Source: Mobula hypostoma
Lineage: Eukaryota
NCBI RefSeq assembly: GCF_963921235.1
Contig: NC_086108.1
Coordinates: 79,176,001 to 79,240,000 of the forward strand
DNA length: 64,000 nt
Reading direction: 5' to 3'
Both the position numbers and the translations under genes were made by a program. Numbering within the stretch: position 1 is the first letter of the stretch; each line of letters begins with the position of its first letter. This document shows, one piece after another, positions 26,877 through 38,002 of the stretch. The notes under the pieces were generated by a model that saw only the letters and a program-made list of their open reading frames with translations, did no database searches and was not told where the DNA came from.

Positions 26877-26959
26877 ATTGCGTTATCTAACATTCTGCTT
26901 GATTAGTAACTGCAGACTTGCTCAATGGAAGAAGTGGAAGGAATATGTCCTTGGCAATC

Positions 26960-27478
26960 AGTAGGAAATAGGAATAGAATTAGGCCACTCAGTCCAATTG
27001 ACCTCCTCCTCTACTCCATCATGGCTGATTTATTATCCTTTTCAACTCCATTCTCTTGCCTTCTCTCCGTAACCTTTGAAGCTCTGAGTACCCAAGGACC
27101 TATCAACCTCTGTTTTAAATATACTCAATGACTTGGCCTCCACAGCCATCCATGGCAATGCATTCCACAGATTCACCACCCTCTGGCTAACAAAATTCCT
27201 TCTCTGCTCTGTACAAAGTGAACATCCCGCTATTCTGAGGCTGTGCCCTCTGATCGTAGACTCATGACTATAGGAAGCATTATCTTCACATTAGTCTGTG
27301 TTGGACTTTCAATATTCAATAGCTTTCAATTATATCTCCCACTCATTCTAAACGCCAGTGAGCGCAGGCCTCGGGCCATCAAATGCTCCTCATATGATAA
27401 GCATTTTACAATCCTGGAATCATTCTCGTGAACCTCCTCTGGATCCTCTCCAATGTCAGCACATCTTTTCTTAGATAG
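26960..27478 (-). mobile_element. CR1 3' fragment
   Basis: Reverse complement of the CR1 3' ORF2 end and UTR. Confidence 0.85.
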
Positions 27479-27692
27479 TTAAGTTAGTTAAAGTCTGTCC
27501 CAAGCCTTATAGGCTCATCAGGCTAGTGCCTATGCCGGTTTCCGTGGCGTGTAGCGACTGAGAGTACGAGACTCCCCACCCCCCCGGATAGGACGCCAGT
27601 CTATCGCGAGGTTAACCCCCACCATTTTGCCGGTACCCATTTTCAGCTGGATGGACTGGAGCAGTGTGTGGTTAAGTGCCTTCCTCAAGGAT
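27479..27692 (-). mobile_element. 5'-truncated CORE-type SINE
   Basis: Minus strand TCCTTGAGGAAGGCACTTAACC...CCAGCTGAAAATGGGTACCGG...CTCGCGATAGACTGGCGTCC; (TAAC)n tail; CpG-rich. Confidence 0.65.
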
Positions 27693-27759
27693 TTTTACTC
27701 TTGCAGTTTCTTAACTCTACATCTTCTGATCATATGTCACCTCTTTCTAAGGTTTTGGT

Positions 27760-28530
27760 TTCACTTTTTACCAAAAGAGCCCCCCACCCTTTCTGCTCAT
27801 CTGCCTGCGCTTTGTATACAATGCGTATCCTTGGATGTTAAGTTCCTAACTATGATCTTCTTTCAGCCACGTCTCAGTGACGCCCACAATGCCATAGCTG
27901 CCAATCTTTAAATGTGTTACAAGATCATCTACCTTATTCCATTTACTGCATACATTCAAACATAACACCTTCAGTCCCATATCCTTCACCCCTTCCGAAC
28001 TTGCTCCCATGTTGTAATTCACTTCATTACACTGACTGCAATTTTGTTCTATCATCTGCCTGTCCATCCTCACAGTCTCACTACATACTGCATTGACTTG
28101 TATACTAACTGCCCTTTTGTCAGCCCTATCACTCCAGTTCCCATCGCACTGCCAACTTAGTTTAAACACACCCCAGCAACTCTAGCAAACCTGCTCGCAT
28201 GGATATTGATTCCCCCCTGAGTTCAGGTATAACCCGTCCTTTTTGTACAGGTTATACCTTCCCCAGAAGAGATCCCAATGATCCAGAAATTTGAAACCCT
28301 GCCTCCTGCACCACTTCCTCAGTCACTCACTCAACTGCACCATCATCCGATTCCCTCCCTGCCTAGCACATGGTGCTGGGAGTAATCCCGAGATTAGCAC
28401 CTTGGAGGTCCTGTTCTTCAGCCTTTTTGATAACTCCCTATACTCACTGTGCAGGACCTCTTCCCCTTGTGCCAATGAGGACCATGACCTCTGGCTTCTC
28501 ACCCTCCTTCTTGAGAATATTCTGCAGCTG
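27760..28530 (-). mobile_element. CR1 fragment: ORF1 esterase end plus start of the APE domain
   Basis: LCLNVCSKWNK, GVTETWL; FLDHWDLFWGRYNLYKKD on the minus strand. Confidence 0.85.
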
Positions 28531-29542
28531 TATTAAGTACTTAGTACCAAGTGCATGTAAGAATATTGACTATCAGTTGTACTGACTCCACAGATTTGGT
28601 TCTATTGCCTTTAAATTTTGTATGTCTTTGGTACTAGTAAGAAGAGGTTGATTTTGCCCCTGAGATTTCTAGAATTTGAAAGCACTCAGGTCAATATATG
28701 CAACAATGGCTGCCAATTTTCTGTGCTATGAGATTGGAAGTTCTGCACAGATCTATTCAGATTCTATAGCACATAGCTACATAATATACATATTTTTACA
28801 TTACATTATAACAGGAACAATTTTTGACTGACAAAAACAAAATGCAAATTTGGAAAATGGTACTTTAATAAGAACCGACAGAAGAAGTAAGAAATGGATG
28901 CACTGGCTTTCAACTAGACCAAAAGTTGCACATTATCTACAGGACAATAAATTTGTACAAATATCATGATTCACAGTTGGCTAAATTACCTCCAGGACAC
29001 GTGGCAAGCTTAGATATTAATGTATAAAATTTGCATTTGTATAAAATTTGCATTCTCAGGAAACGCCATGCCTGAGAATATACTGGAGGTGGGGCAAAGT
29101 ATTGGGGCAACAGGGCAAGGAACAAAGATGTGAAACTGGTATACAGCAGGGAGCGAACCAGGCTACAGTCAGCTAGCATTCTGCAAAATAGCCACAGTCT
29201 ACTGTCAGTCTGTTACCAGTGGCTGAGTATGGATGCTGGAGGGAAGGTGGGGAGAGGGAATAGCAAATGCTCTTCATCGACTTCATAGACGAAGTGCCAC
29301 ATATGTGCGTTGTACTAGCTCTGAGCAACCTAGAGTTTGTGAACACATGTGCCCTGTCAATTGCATTTCTCTACTAATCAAAGTTGTTCCTGGTTTAAGT
29401 TGAATCATCAGCTTTAATTATGAACAGTTTGATGAGGTTCATTTTCCCAAATTTATACAACTAAAATTTAAAGAAGTAAATTATTTAGGCAGCATTTGTG
29501 ATTTATTTGTACATATTTTGTAACTGATTTAAGCACTGAGTT

Positions 29543-29784
29543 TGTAGGGTACGGTATGTTTCGTAACTCTAAAATATTAAACTAATTAGAACGACACGGG
29601 ACCAGGATTGCAAGTCTAACTTTTATTTAACTTTAAGCCACACAACACATGGTAGCATATTAACGTATGCAATTCACGTATTTTTACTTATAACCTGTAG
29701 TGAATTATTGAAATGAACAAGAATGTTTAATCAAACAGTATATTTACAATATTACTCAAATATTACTGAAGTATTAAATACACA
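29543..29784. mobile_element. Possible solo LTR
   Basis: Begins TGT and ends ACA; flanks AGTT/AGAT could be a 4-bp TSD with one mismatch; AATAAA on the minus strand; no internal sequence to confirm. Confidence 0.35.
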
Positions 29785-30639
29785 AGATGAATGATTTGAA
29801 TTTAAATATTATGGATGCCTAACCATTAAAAAACTTCACTGAACAATGTATTTCTTTTTAATGTAAAATATATTACATCAAATTCTTGTTAGCCTTTTTA
29901 TACGTTACAGTCCTTCACCTTGCAAAATGTCATTGTGAATGTACTGCCACTCAGAAAATAAATACAGTGGTTATTTCAGCTTTAAAAGAGGAAATAAAAA
30001 TAGAACGATAAGTGAGGTCCAAAATATTCAGTAAATGGTTTCAGCACCTTACTAAACTTGTACGCGCACATAAAAGAAAATGCAGCTTTAGGATGGTGGA
30101 TAGCAATTAAATATCCTCTTGTTTCATTACTTCTGTAGCTGGAAGATTGACTGGACTGCTTTTATTCACTATATTAATCCTGACAGCCCTTAAATGCGGC
30201 AGTGCTTTTTTGACCTTAATTTTCATACCACCCTGGAGTCTGAAACCTTGACTGACAATGGAGCTTGACTTTGTCACTTTCCTTATAAAGCCACCAATTA
30301 TCAAATGTTGATCTCTCCAATGTTCTCATTAGATCTTTAACCTGGGGAATATCAAAATGAAAGTTGTTAACACATTCAAAGTACTGTATGGGATGGTATG
30401 ACATGATTTATATTTTTAAGAGTTGCGTGACCTGATACTTGGTTACAATCAGAGTCATAGGTAGAAATGTAAATCATATCTCATAATATATCCAGAGCAC
30501 TCTGTTACATAATACATTTCCATAAAAATATTATAAAACAGATAAAAGGAAAACATTTGTCGCAGTCAAATTTCTGTGCCTGTTTCAATGCAATCTTTTA
30601 TAATTTTGGTTAAAAGATTGTCATACATTCAACTTGACT

Positions 30640-30865
30640 AGGTAATGAGAAGAGGGCATGTTCTGGATGGTGAAAGTCCTTCATGATGAAGGCTGCCTTT
30701 TGAAAATGTCCTCGATGGCAGGTAGGCTTATTCTCATGAAGAAGCTGGCTGAGTCTATAATGCTGTGCAACTTCTTTTGATCTTGTACTATGGAGCCTCC
30801 ACACTAGGCGGTGATGCAACCACTCAGAGTGCTCTCCATAGTACACCTGTAGAAATTTTGCTAAT
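30640..30865 (-). mobile_element. Rex1/Babar C-terminal fragment
   Basis: KAAFIMKDFHHPEHALFSLPS, homologous to 1120-1190. Confidence 0.8.
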
Positions 30866-31059
30866 CTTTCCACCATTGCTAATGGCTACATTATATTCAG
30901 TCTCTTCATCCAAATTATTACCTTAAATTGCTTGAGTGTAAGGTGTACTTATTTCAGTGCTGAACAGCCTACCTCTTTTATTGAGAGAGAGAGATTGCTC
31001 ATTCTAGACTTCTCTGCCTGGGAGTTATTCTCCCTACAGCTGCCCTGTTGAACCCCAGT

Positions 31060-31910
31060 GGAGGGACCAGCATTGTTCATGCAACGCTCTACAGCGCCAG
31101 CTATATGATCAGGATTTGATTCCCACTTCAGTCTGTAAGGGGTTTCTCCTGTACATTCTCCCTATGATGTGTGGTTTTCCTCTGGGTGCTTCCGTTTCCT
31201 CCCATGTATGGTTAGGGTTAGTGAGCTGTGGGTAGGGTTGCCAACTGTCCTGTATTTGCCGGGACATCCTGTATATTGGGCTAAATTTGTTTGTCGCATA
31301 CGGGACCGCCCTTGTCCTGTATTTCTCCTGCTAAGGTAGAGCGTTCCTATGAAACCTTTTGTGCCGAAATGGCATAAAGCGAAGACGCAATTACCATTCA
31401 TTCATATGGGAAAAATTTTTGAACGTTCCCAGACCCAAAAAATAACCTACCAAATCATACCAAATAACACATAAAACCTAAAATAACACTCACATATAGT
31501 AAAAGCAGGAATGATATGATAAATATACAGCCTATATAATGTAGAAATAATGTATGTACAGTGTAGTTGGGAAGATTAAGCCAAAACCGATTTGTGGGAA
31601 AAAAATTGGCACGTATGCACATGTGCACGTCACATATGTGCACATCACGCATGCGCACACAGGTGCCGGCGCAAGGCTTCATGGTCATGGTAGTCTTTCT
31701 TGGGATAAACACGTGTCCCATATTTGACTGCTACTTTTCTTCCTTATTTGGGAGTGAGAAAGTTAGCAACCCTAGTTGTGGGTTTGCTATGTTGGTGCTG
31801 GACGTGTGATGACATTGTGGGCTGTCCAGCACATCCTCACTGATTTGATTTGACTCATACGACACACTTCACTACATATTTTGGTGTATATGTGACAAAT
31901 AAAGGTAATT
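31060..31910 (+). mobile_element. V-type SINE split by a hAT MITE
   Basis: GTGGTTTTCCTCTGGGTGCTTCCGTTTCCTCCCA (V-domain-like); resumes at 31775 and ends GTGACAAATAAAG. Confidence 0.7.
31233..31774. mobile_element. Non-autonomous hAT (Blackjack-like) DNA transposon / MITE, 542 bp
   Basis: 14-bp TIRs TAGGGTTGCCAACT / AGTTAGCAACCCTA (1 mismatch); 8-bp TSD GCTGTGGG 31225-31232 / GTTGTGGG 31775-31782. Confidence 0.9.
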
Positions 31911-31919
31911 TTCTAATCT

Positions 31920-32820
31920 TTTAATTTTGTATGTTACAGTGCGGTTAACTCACATTCTTGTAAGTTTGAAAGAAAAGAGGCCAAGCCTACTCAATCACTT
32001 CTCACATGCAGACCTGCTTTTCCAGGAATTAGTCTGGTGACTGTTAGCTTGCACGCACTTTTGCTTTGCTAAAGAGACTAAAATTGTGCACAATAGTCCA
32101 GATGTAGCCTCTTCAATATCCTATCTAATTGTGGCAAGACATCTTGACTCATGCATTCAAACCCAGCAGTAATAAAGGCCAACATACCATTTGCTTTCCT
32201 ATCTACCTGCTGCCCTTTGCATGTTAACTTTTAGTGATTTGCTTGCAACACGCTTTGAACATCAACATTTCTCAATATCTCACCTTTCATTTTAAAATGT
32301 TCAGATTTCTGCTTTTCTTCCAAAGGTGTATCACAAGATGTTTCCACATTCAATCCTATTTGCCATGTTATTACCCAATCGTTCAGTTTGTCCATATCCT
32401 GTTGAAGATTTCTTGTCACTATTCACATTCTCACTTAGCTTTGTATCATTAGTAAGCTTGGAGATGTTACATTTGGTCCTCTCTGCCATTGATATAAGTT
32501 GTGAACAGATAATCAAGCACTGATCCCTTTGGTTACAGCCTACCAGTTTAAGAAAGACCTATTTTTCTTACTCTTTGTTTTCTACCTGCAAACGAATTCT
32601 CAATTTACACTCTCAAATCTTACTTTCAAATTCATGAACCTTAATTTTTTTTGGCAACTTCTGTGTGGGGCCTGTGGAAAGCCTCAAGAAAGTCCAAATA
32701 GGTCAAACACAACTTCCCCTTTATAAATCCATGTTGACCTCGCTCAGTCTTTCTCAGGGCATCTCCTTTACTAAAGATTTTAATATTTCCCAACCAATTT
32801 GACTCAGGCCAGTTGTTCCT
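31920..32820 (-). mobile_element. Old CR1 ORF2 fragment (further pieces at ~30960-31035, 33350-33680, 34350-34470)
   Basis: ISKLTNDTKL (decayed KFADD) and LQQDMDKLNDW on the minus strand. Confidence 0.75.
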
Positions 32821-32861
32821 TCTTTCCCCTCTTTCTAATTTCTTGTTTTCTGATTTTTCTT

Positions 32862-32975
32862 AACCTGATGAAAGGTGTTTGATCTGAAACATAAACCACA
32901 TTTCTCTCTTCGCAGACGCTGTCTGACCTACTGAGTATTGCTATTCTTATTTCAGATTTCCAGCATCTGCAGTCT
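32862..32975 (+). mobile_element. Old PLE terminus with hammerhead core remnant
   Basis: CTGATGA-AAGGTGTTTGATCT-GAAAC-ATA at 32865-32893 (stem I no longer pairs); tail GATTTCCAGCATCTGCAG. Confidence 0.7.
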
Positions 32976-33139
32976 ATTTGGCTTTTTATGCGCCATGAGA
33001 ATTTTTCTCTATTGTTAATAAATGTTTTAAATCTTTCCTTGCTTTTGCATCTGAATTTTCTACTATTAATGAAACACTTTTAGTGAAGAAGACAGAGAAT
33101 GTATTTGCTCAAATTCTCAACCGTCTGTTTCTCATGGGG

Positions 33140-33350
33140 ACACAGGAGACTGCAGATGTTCGAATCTGCAGTGTAAAGAATATAGCTGAAGGAACTCAGC
33201 GGGCAAGCAGCATCTGTGGAGGCAAAGGTGCAGTCGACATTTTGGGTCAAGATCCTGCATCAGTCCTGACCCAAAACAGAAACCATCTTCTTGCTTCTAG
33301 AGACGTAGCTTGACCCACTGAGCTCCTTCAGCAGTTTCGGTTTTTTTTGC
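33140..33350. mobile_element. Old inverted pair of PLE termini
   Basis: Left arm (minus, with tail) to 33253; right arm (plus, no tail) 33254-33350. Confidence 0.75.
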
Positions 33351-33689
33351 TGCTTACTTCCCTTTATGACTTCCAACTCACATCTTCCTAAGGGAGCAAT
33401 GTTCATACCAGCTACATACTTCCGTTTTATCTGCTTGTAGACACTATCATTGTTTTTACATTTTTTCACACAATCCTTCATGATTTATTTTCTACCATTT
33501 TATTTTTAGTCATTCTTCACTGATTTCTAAAATTTTCCGAATCTACTATCCTACAAGTAACCTTTGCAATATTCTATCCTTCCTCCTAATTTGATTATAT
33601 CCTTAACTTCCTTCATTAGGTGCGGTGACTCATCCTTCTTGTTGGTCTTTACTTTTTCAGCAGAATCCATCTTTGTTTCAGTTCCTTAC

Positions 33690-34350
33690 AGTTGTCATAG
33701 GCAATGGAGGTAGTGAGGATAAGCTCCAATTACCAATTAAATGCTCTCAATGGTGTGTGTCTTAAAAAGTGTCTGACTACGAGTCTAGCTCCTGGCCTTC
33801 ACATGTGGCTTAGTTACTAAGCCTAGCGGAACCATTTCTACTGCCAGGAGAACGGGGAAAGGCAGGTTACTGGTGCCTTAAAACCAGTTGCTTCGGTCAG
33901 ATGATCCTCATCAGACATCGTTGGTAATTCACCTAGGAGATGGAAAATGCTGATCTCAAACCTCCGTTGCCTTGTGGTTATACCCACACATGGGAAAGGC
34001 TTCAGGAGTAAAGCCTGAGGAAAATTCTGGAGCGGGACTACCTAGGGCAGTTGTACATTGAGCTCAATGCTGACTGGTAACTCCTGAGACACCGCTGGTA
34101 ACAAACTGTATCAGTCTTAGATGTTCCTTTGGATTCAACAGCTGCGTGGAGAGGGGGAGCCTGCTGCATTTTTTTTATTCATTGATGGGATGTGGGCATT
34201 GCCAGCTAAGCCAGCATTTATTGCCCATCCCAAGATGGGCAAAAGCTTGATCTCCATATCTTACTGCCCGGTTTGCGTACTGGCTTGGCATATCATGTAG
34301 AGAGCTAGGATGGAATATCTGTGGTTGACCTTGACCAACAGAGAGCATCA
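33690..34350 (+). mobile_element. Non-autonomous RTE-derived element (5' UTR joined to RTE-like 3' end)
   Basis: CTAGGAGATGGAAAATGCTGATCTCAAACC resembles RTE 5' UTR motifs; 3' end resembles 8420-8460; no ORF. Confidence 0.55.
34168..34233 (-). mobile_element. Very short LINE/SINE 3'-tail insertion
   Basis: Minus strand GGGATGGGCAATAAATGCTGGCTTAGCTGGCAATGCCCACATCCCATCAATGAATAAAAAAA; host CTGCAT|GGGCAA is interrupted. Confidence 0.7.
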
Positions 34351-34475
34351 TATCTTTGTTGATTTATGAAATATCTCCTTAAATTGCTGCTGTTGCTCAT
34401 CTACTGTCTCACCTTCTAAACACTTTCGCCACAATTTAGAGTTCTGTAGCCAACTCTAGATATATGTCTTTGTAA

Positions 34476-34731
34476 CTCATAGTCATAGTCATAGTCATAC
34501 TTTATTAATCCTGGGGGAAATTGCTTTTCGTTACAGTTGCACCATAAATAATAAATAGTAATGAAACCATAAATAGTTAAATAGTAATATGTGAATTATG
34601 CCAGTAAATTATGAAATAAGTCCAGGACCAGCCTATTGGCTCAGGGTGTCTGACCCTCCAAGGGAGGAGTTGTAAAGTTTGATGGCCACAGGCAGGAATG
34701 ACTTCCTAAGACGCTCTGTGTTGCATCTCGG
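34476..34731 (-). mobile_element. Rex1/Babar 3' end
   Basis: PRCNTERLRKSFLPVAIKLYNSS on the minus strand; (ATGACT)n tail. Confidence 0.85.
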
Positions 34732-34819
34732 TATCTTCCTTATACAAACAAGACTAAGCCAGAAGAGGAAGCACTAATGATCAAACTGCACCTTTTGCAC
34801 TAAACCCATTCATGGTCAC

Positions 34820-35077
34820 TAAGAAATAGACATTGGAGTTCAGAAGCTTGTGTAGAGAATTTCAGTAAAATCACCCAAACATTGGTTGGAATCGGTAGTG
34901 CACTGCCTTATTGAGTGGTGGAGACATTCAGTAAGTACTTAGCTAAGCACATAAATCGCAAGGCATTGAAAAGTCTGGAACAAGTCCTGGTAAATTAGGA
35001 TTAGCATAGATGGTTACCTGATGGTCATCATGGACTGGGAGACTAAAGGACCTGTTTCTGCACTGTATGACTCTATG
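34820..35077 (+). mobile_element. Decayed CR1 3' end
   Basis: Ends GGACCTGTTTCTGCACTGTATGACTCTATGA. Confidence 0.7.
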
Positions 35078-35505
35078 ATAAGACCTCTACTGGAGACTTC
35101 CTTTATCCATTGTTTTCCAGTTATCCTGCAGCCATTTCTTTGCAAGGAGGCTGAAGTGAGATTCTTTTCTCAGGATACTACCACAGCTGCTCAATGCTAC
35201 AGAGTGAGGTGATGGGCTGGATCTCTATCTCATTCATTGTGTGTGAAAAAAATCTGGCTTTCAGTTCTGTTAAGCAAAGGTTAGACACTACTCTGTCGTA
35301 AATGTAAGTTTGAAAGATATACCGTTTAAACGGATCGAGATTAAGAAAGCAAATTTAACTGTTCATTGCTGTGTACAGATGTTTTTTCTTGTGTTTTTGA
35401 CCTTTCCTTTGCCATTGTGTGCCTGAAAACTTTGAGGTAAGGAATAACACACATCAAAGTTGCTGGTGAACGCAGCAGGCCAGGCAGCATCTGTAGGAAG
35501 AGGTG

Positions 35506-35543
35506 CAGTCGACGTTTCAGGCCGAGACCCTTTGTCAGGACTG
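35506..35543 (-). ncRNA. Hammerhead motif copy with core mutation (CUGACAA, G8 to A), probably inactive
   Basis: Reverse complement of 35865-35902 except position 35533 (CpG-type transition). Confidence 0.75.
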
Positions 35544-35864
35544 ACTGAAGGAAGAGTGAGTAAGGGATTTGAAAGTTGGAGGGGGAGGGGGAGATCCAAA
35601 ATGATAGGAGAAGACAGGAGGGGGAGGGATGGAGCCAAGAGCTGGACAGGTGATAGGCAAAAGGGGATACAAGAGGATCATGGGACAGGAGGTCCGGGAA
35701 GAAAGACAAGGAGGGATGGGGGACCCATGATCCTCTCGTATCCCCTTTTGCCTATCACCTGTCCAGCTTTTGGCTCTATCCCTCCCCCTCCTGTCTTCTC
35801 CTATCATTTTGGATCTCCCCCTCCCCCTCCAACTTTCAAATCCCTTACTCACTCTTCCTTCAGT

Positions 35865-35902
35865 CAGTCCTGACGAAGGGTCTCGGCCTGAAACGTCGAC
35901 TG
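35865..35902 (+). ncRNA. Minimal type I hammerhead ribozyme motif (PLE-associated), intact core
   Basis: Stem I CAGUC/GACUG; CUGACGA; stem II AGG-gucucgg-CCU; GAAA; C-GUC cleavage triplet (predicted cut after 35897); stem III reduced to palindromic ACGU. Confidence 0.85.
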
Positions 35903-36410
35903 CACCTCTTCCTAGAGATGCTGCCTGGCCTGCTGCGTTCACCAGCAACTTTGATGTGTGTTGCTTGAATTTCCAGCATCTGCAGAATTCCTGTCGTTTG
36001 AGGTAAGGAATAACTGCATTTTGTGCTTTTCAGATCAGCAGCAGAGTTTCTGTATGATGGCATTCTGCTGTTTTGAATACAATTCCCTCTCCTTTCATTT
36101 GTAATTTGATTAACATAGTCTTCACAACACTTTTTTTTTAAAGAAAGAAGCATTGAATTTTGAGAGATTACTTTTATTAGTCAGTTTGATGTGTCTGTGG
36201 TGAACAGACAGAATCTGTTCAAGACTGACAGCTTATGAATTGCAGTTTCACAGAGAAATAATTTGCACAGTTCTGGGAGAAAGCTTTAAGATAAGTAACT
36301 TTGCCTGTCAAGCAAGGCACAATGAGCGCTAATCTAACCACTTTGCTTCATGATACCGTACAGTAAGTAAAGTGCTTGTGGCAGTCATCAATAACAATAC
36401 TCAGAGATAT

Positions 36411-36984
36411 AAAAGACTGCAGCGGCTGGAGTCCGGAGCAACACACAACATGGTGGAGGAACTCAGTGGGTAAGACAGCATCTGTGGAGGGAAATGGCCG
36501 TTGGGCATATTGAATTGGGTCCCTGATTTGGACTGAAAATAGAGGGGAGAAAGCTAGTATAAAAAGGTGAAGGGAAGGGTTTGAGCAAAAACAGGCAAGC
36601 GACAAGGGTGAATCCAAGTGACAGACATGTGGAGAAGGGAAGAGTGAAAATGGTGACAGAAGCTCGGAGGTGGAGGCTATTCTTATCTGGATCCAACTAT
36701 TGCTTACAAGATCTGGCTCCACCCCTTCCCTCCACCTTTTTATATTGGATACCTTCCTTCTATCTGGCAATCCAGATGAAAGGTTTCATCTCAAAATACT
36801 GAATAAAGGTTATGGGGAGAAAGCAGGAGAATGGGGTTGAGAGGAAAATTGTTCAGTCAGGGTGAAATGGCAGAGCAGACTCAATAGGCCAAATGGCCTA
36901 ATTCTGCTCCTACGTCTTATGGGTGTCCATTGTCCTCCACAGATGCTACCTGACTCACTGAGTTTCTCAGATATCATGTGTGTT
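36411..36984. mobile_element. Old inverted PLE pair with nested CR1 3' end (36803-36923)
   Basis: Left arm with tail; right arm stops at GTGTGTT without tail; decayed hammerhead CAGATGAAAGG...CAAAATAC at ~36773-36800. Confidence 0.75.
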
Positions 36985-37229
36985 ACATGAGATTGCTCAA
37001 TTGTTATGAATCAGATCATCAATGTGTCAATAAGTGGTGAAGTAGTCCATTTCTACTGGGTGATCACAGTACAATTTGACATTGCTTGGCCTAATGGTGT
37101 TGGAGAAGGGGATCAACTTGCACCTGGATGTTCAATGATTAAAAAGCTTCATGAAATTTTGAGTATCAAGATAAGCAACATATTTTAGATCTATTTTACT
37201 TAGAAATCTATTTTCAGAATATTTTGATT

Positions 37230-38002
37230 TATAGCATTGGTGAACATCACATTGGAAGGACAAACTCAAATACAGCCACAAGGCTAATGGCAGCATTTTA
37301 AGCAGTGCGGAGGAACAGAGGGATCTTGAAGTCCAAATCCACAGATCCCTCAAGGTTGCCGCATAAGTTGATGGGGTCGTTAAGAAGGCATATGGTGTAT
37401 TGGCCTGTAATAGTTGGGTGACTGAGTTCAACAGCATTGAGATAATGTTTCAGCTCTAAAAAACTCTGGTTAGACCACACTTGGAGTATTAGGTTCAGTT
37501 CTGTTAGCCTCATTATAGGAGACATGTGGAAGATTTAGAGAAGATGCAGAGGAGATTTACCAGGATGCTGCCTGCATTAGGGAACATGTCTTATGAGGAA
37601 AAGTTGAACAAACTGGGGCTTTTCTCTTTGGAGCAAAGGAGGATGAAGCGTAACTTAACAGAGGTGTATAAGATGATAGGAAGCATACAGTAGATAGGGA
37701 GGACAGCCAGTGCTTTTTTCCCAGGTCGGCAATATGAGAAAACATATTTTTAAGATGATTGGAAGGAAGTATAGAGGGGATGTCAGAGATAGATTTTCTG
37801 CAGAAGAGAGTGGTAAGTGCGTGGAATGCACTGCTGGGAGTGGTAGCAGAAGCATATATTAGGGACATTTAGATAGGTACATAGAGAAAAATGGAGGGCT
37901 ATGGGGAAGAGAAGGGTTAGATTGATCCAGGAGTATTTTAGAAGATTAGCACAACATCGGGGTCCAAAGGGTCTGTACTGTGTTGAACTGTTCAATGTTC
38001 TT
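37230..38002 (+). mobile_element. CR1 3' fragment
   Basis: EEQRDL, LVRPHLEY, tail TGTTCAATGTTCT. Confidence 0.85.

Larger units (their letters stand above)
35446..35996. mobile_element. Young fold-back PLE insertion: 239-bp inverted arms, 39-nt spacer, 34-nt tail
   Basis: Arms 35446-35684 and 35724-35962 differ at 5 positions by my count; flanking direct repeat TTTGAGGTAAGGAATAAC 35431-35448 / 35997-36014. Confidence 0.95.

Noticed and set aside
35341..36006. Mirror-image ORFs on both strands (MLVNAAGQAAS..., MAPSLPLLSS...)
   Set aside because: By-products of the palindromic low-complexity PLE repeat; no evidence they are proteins
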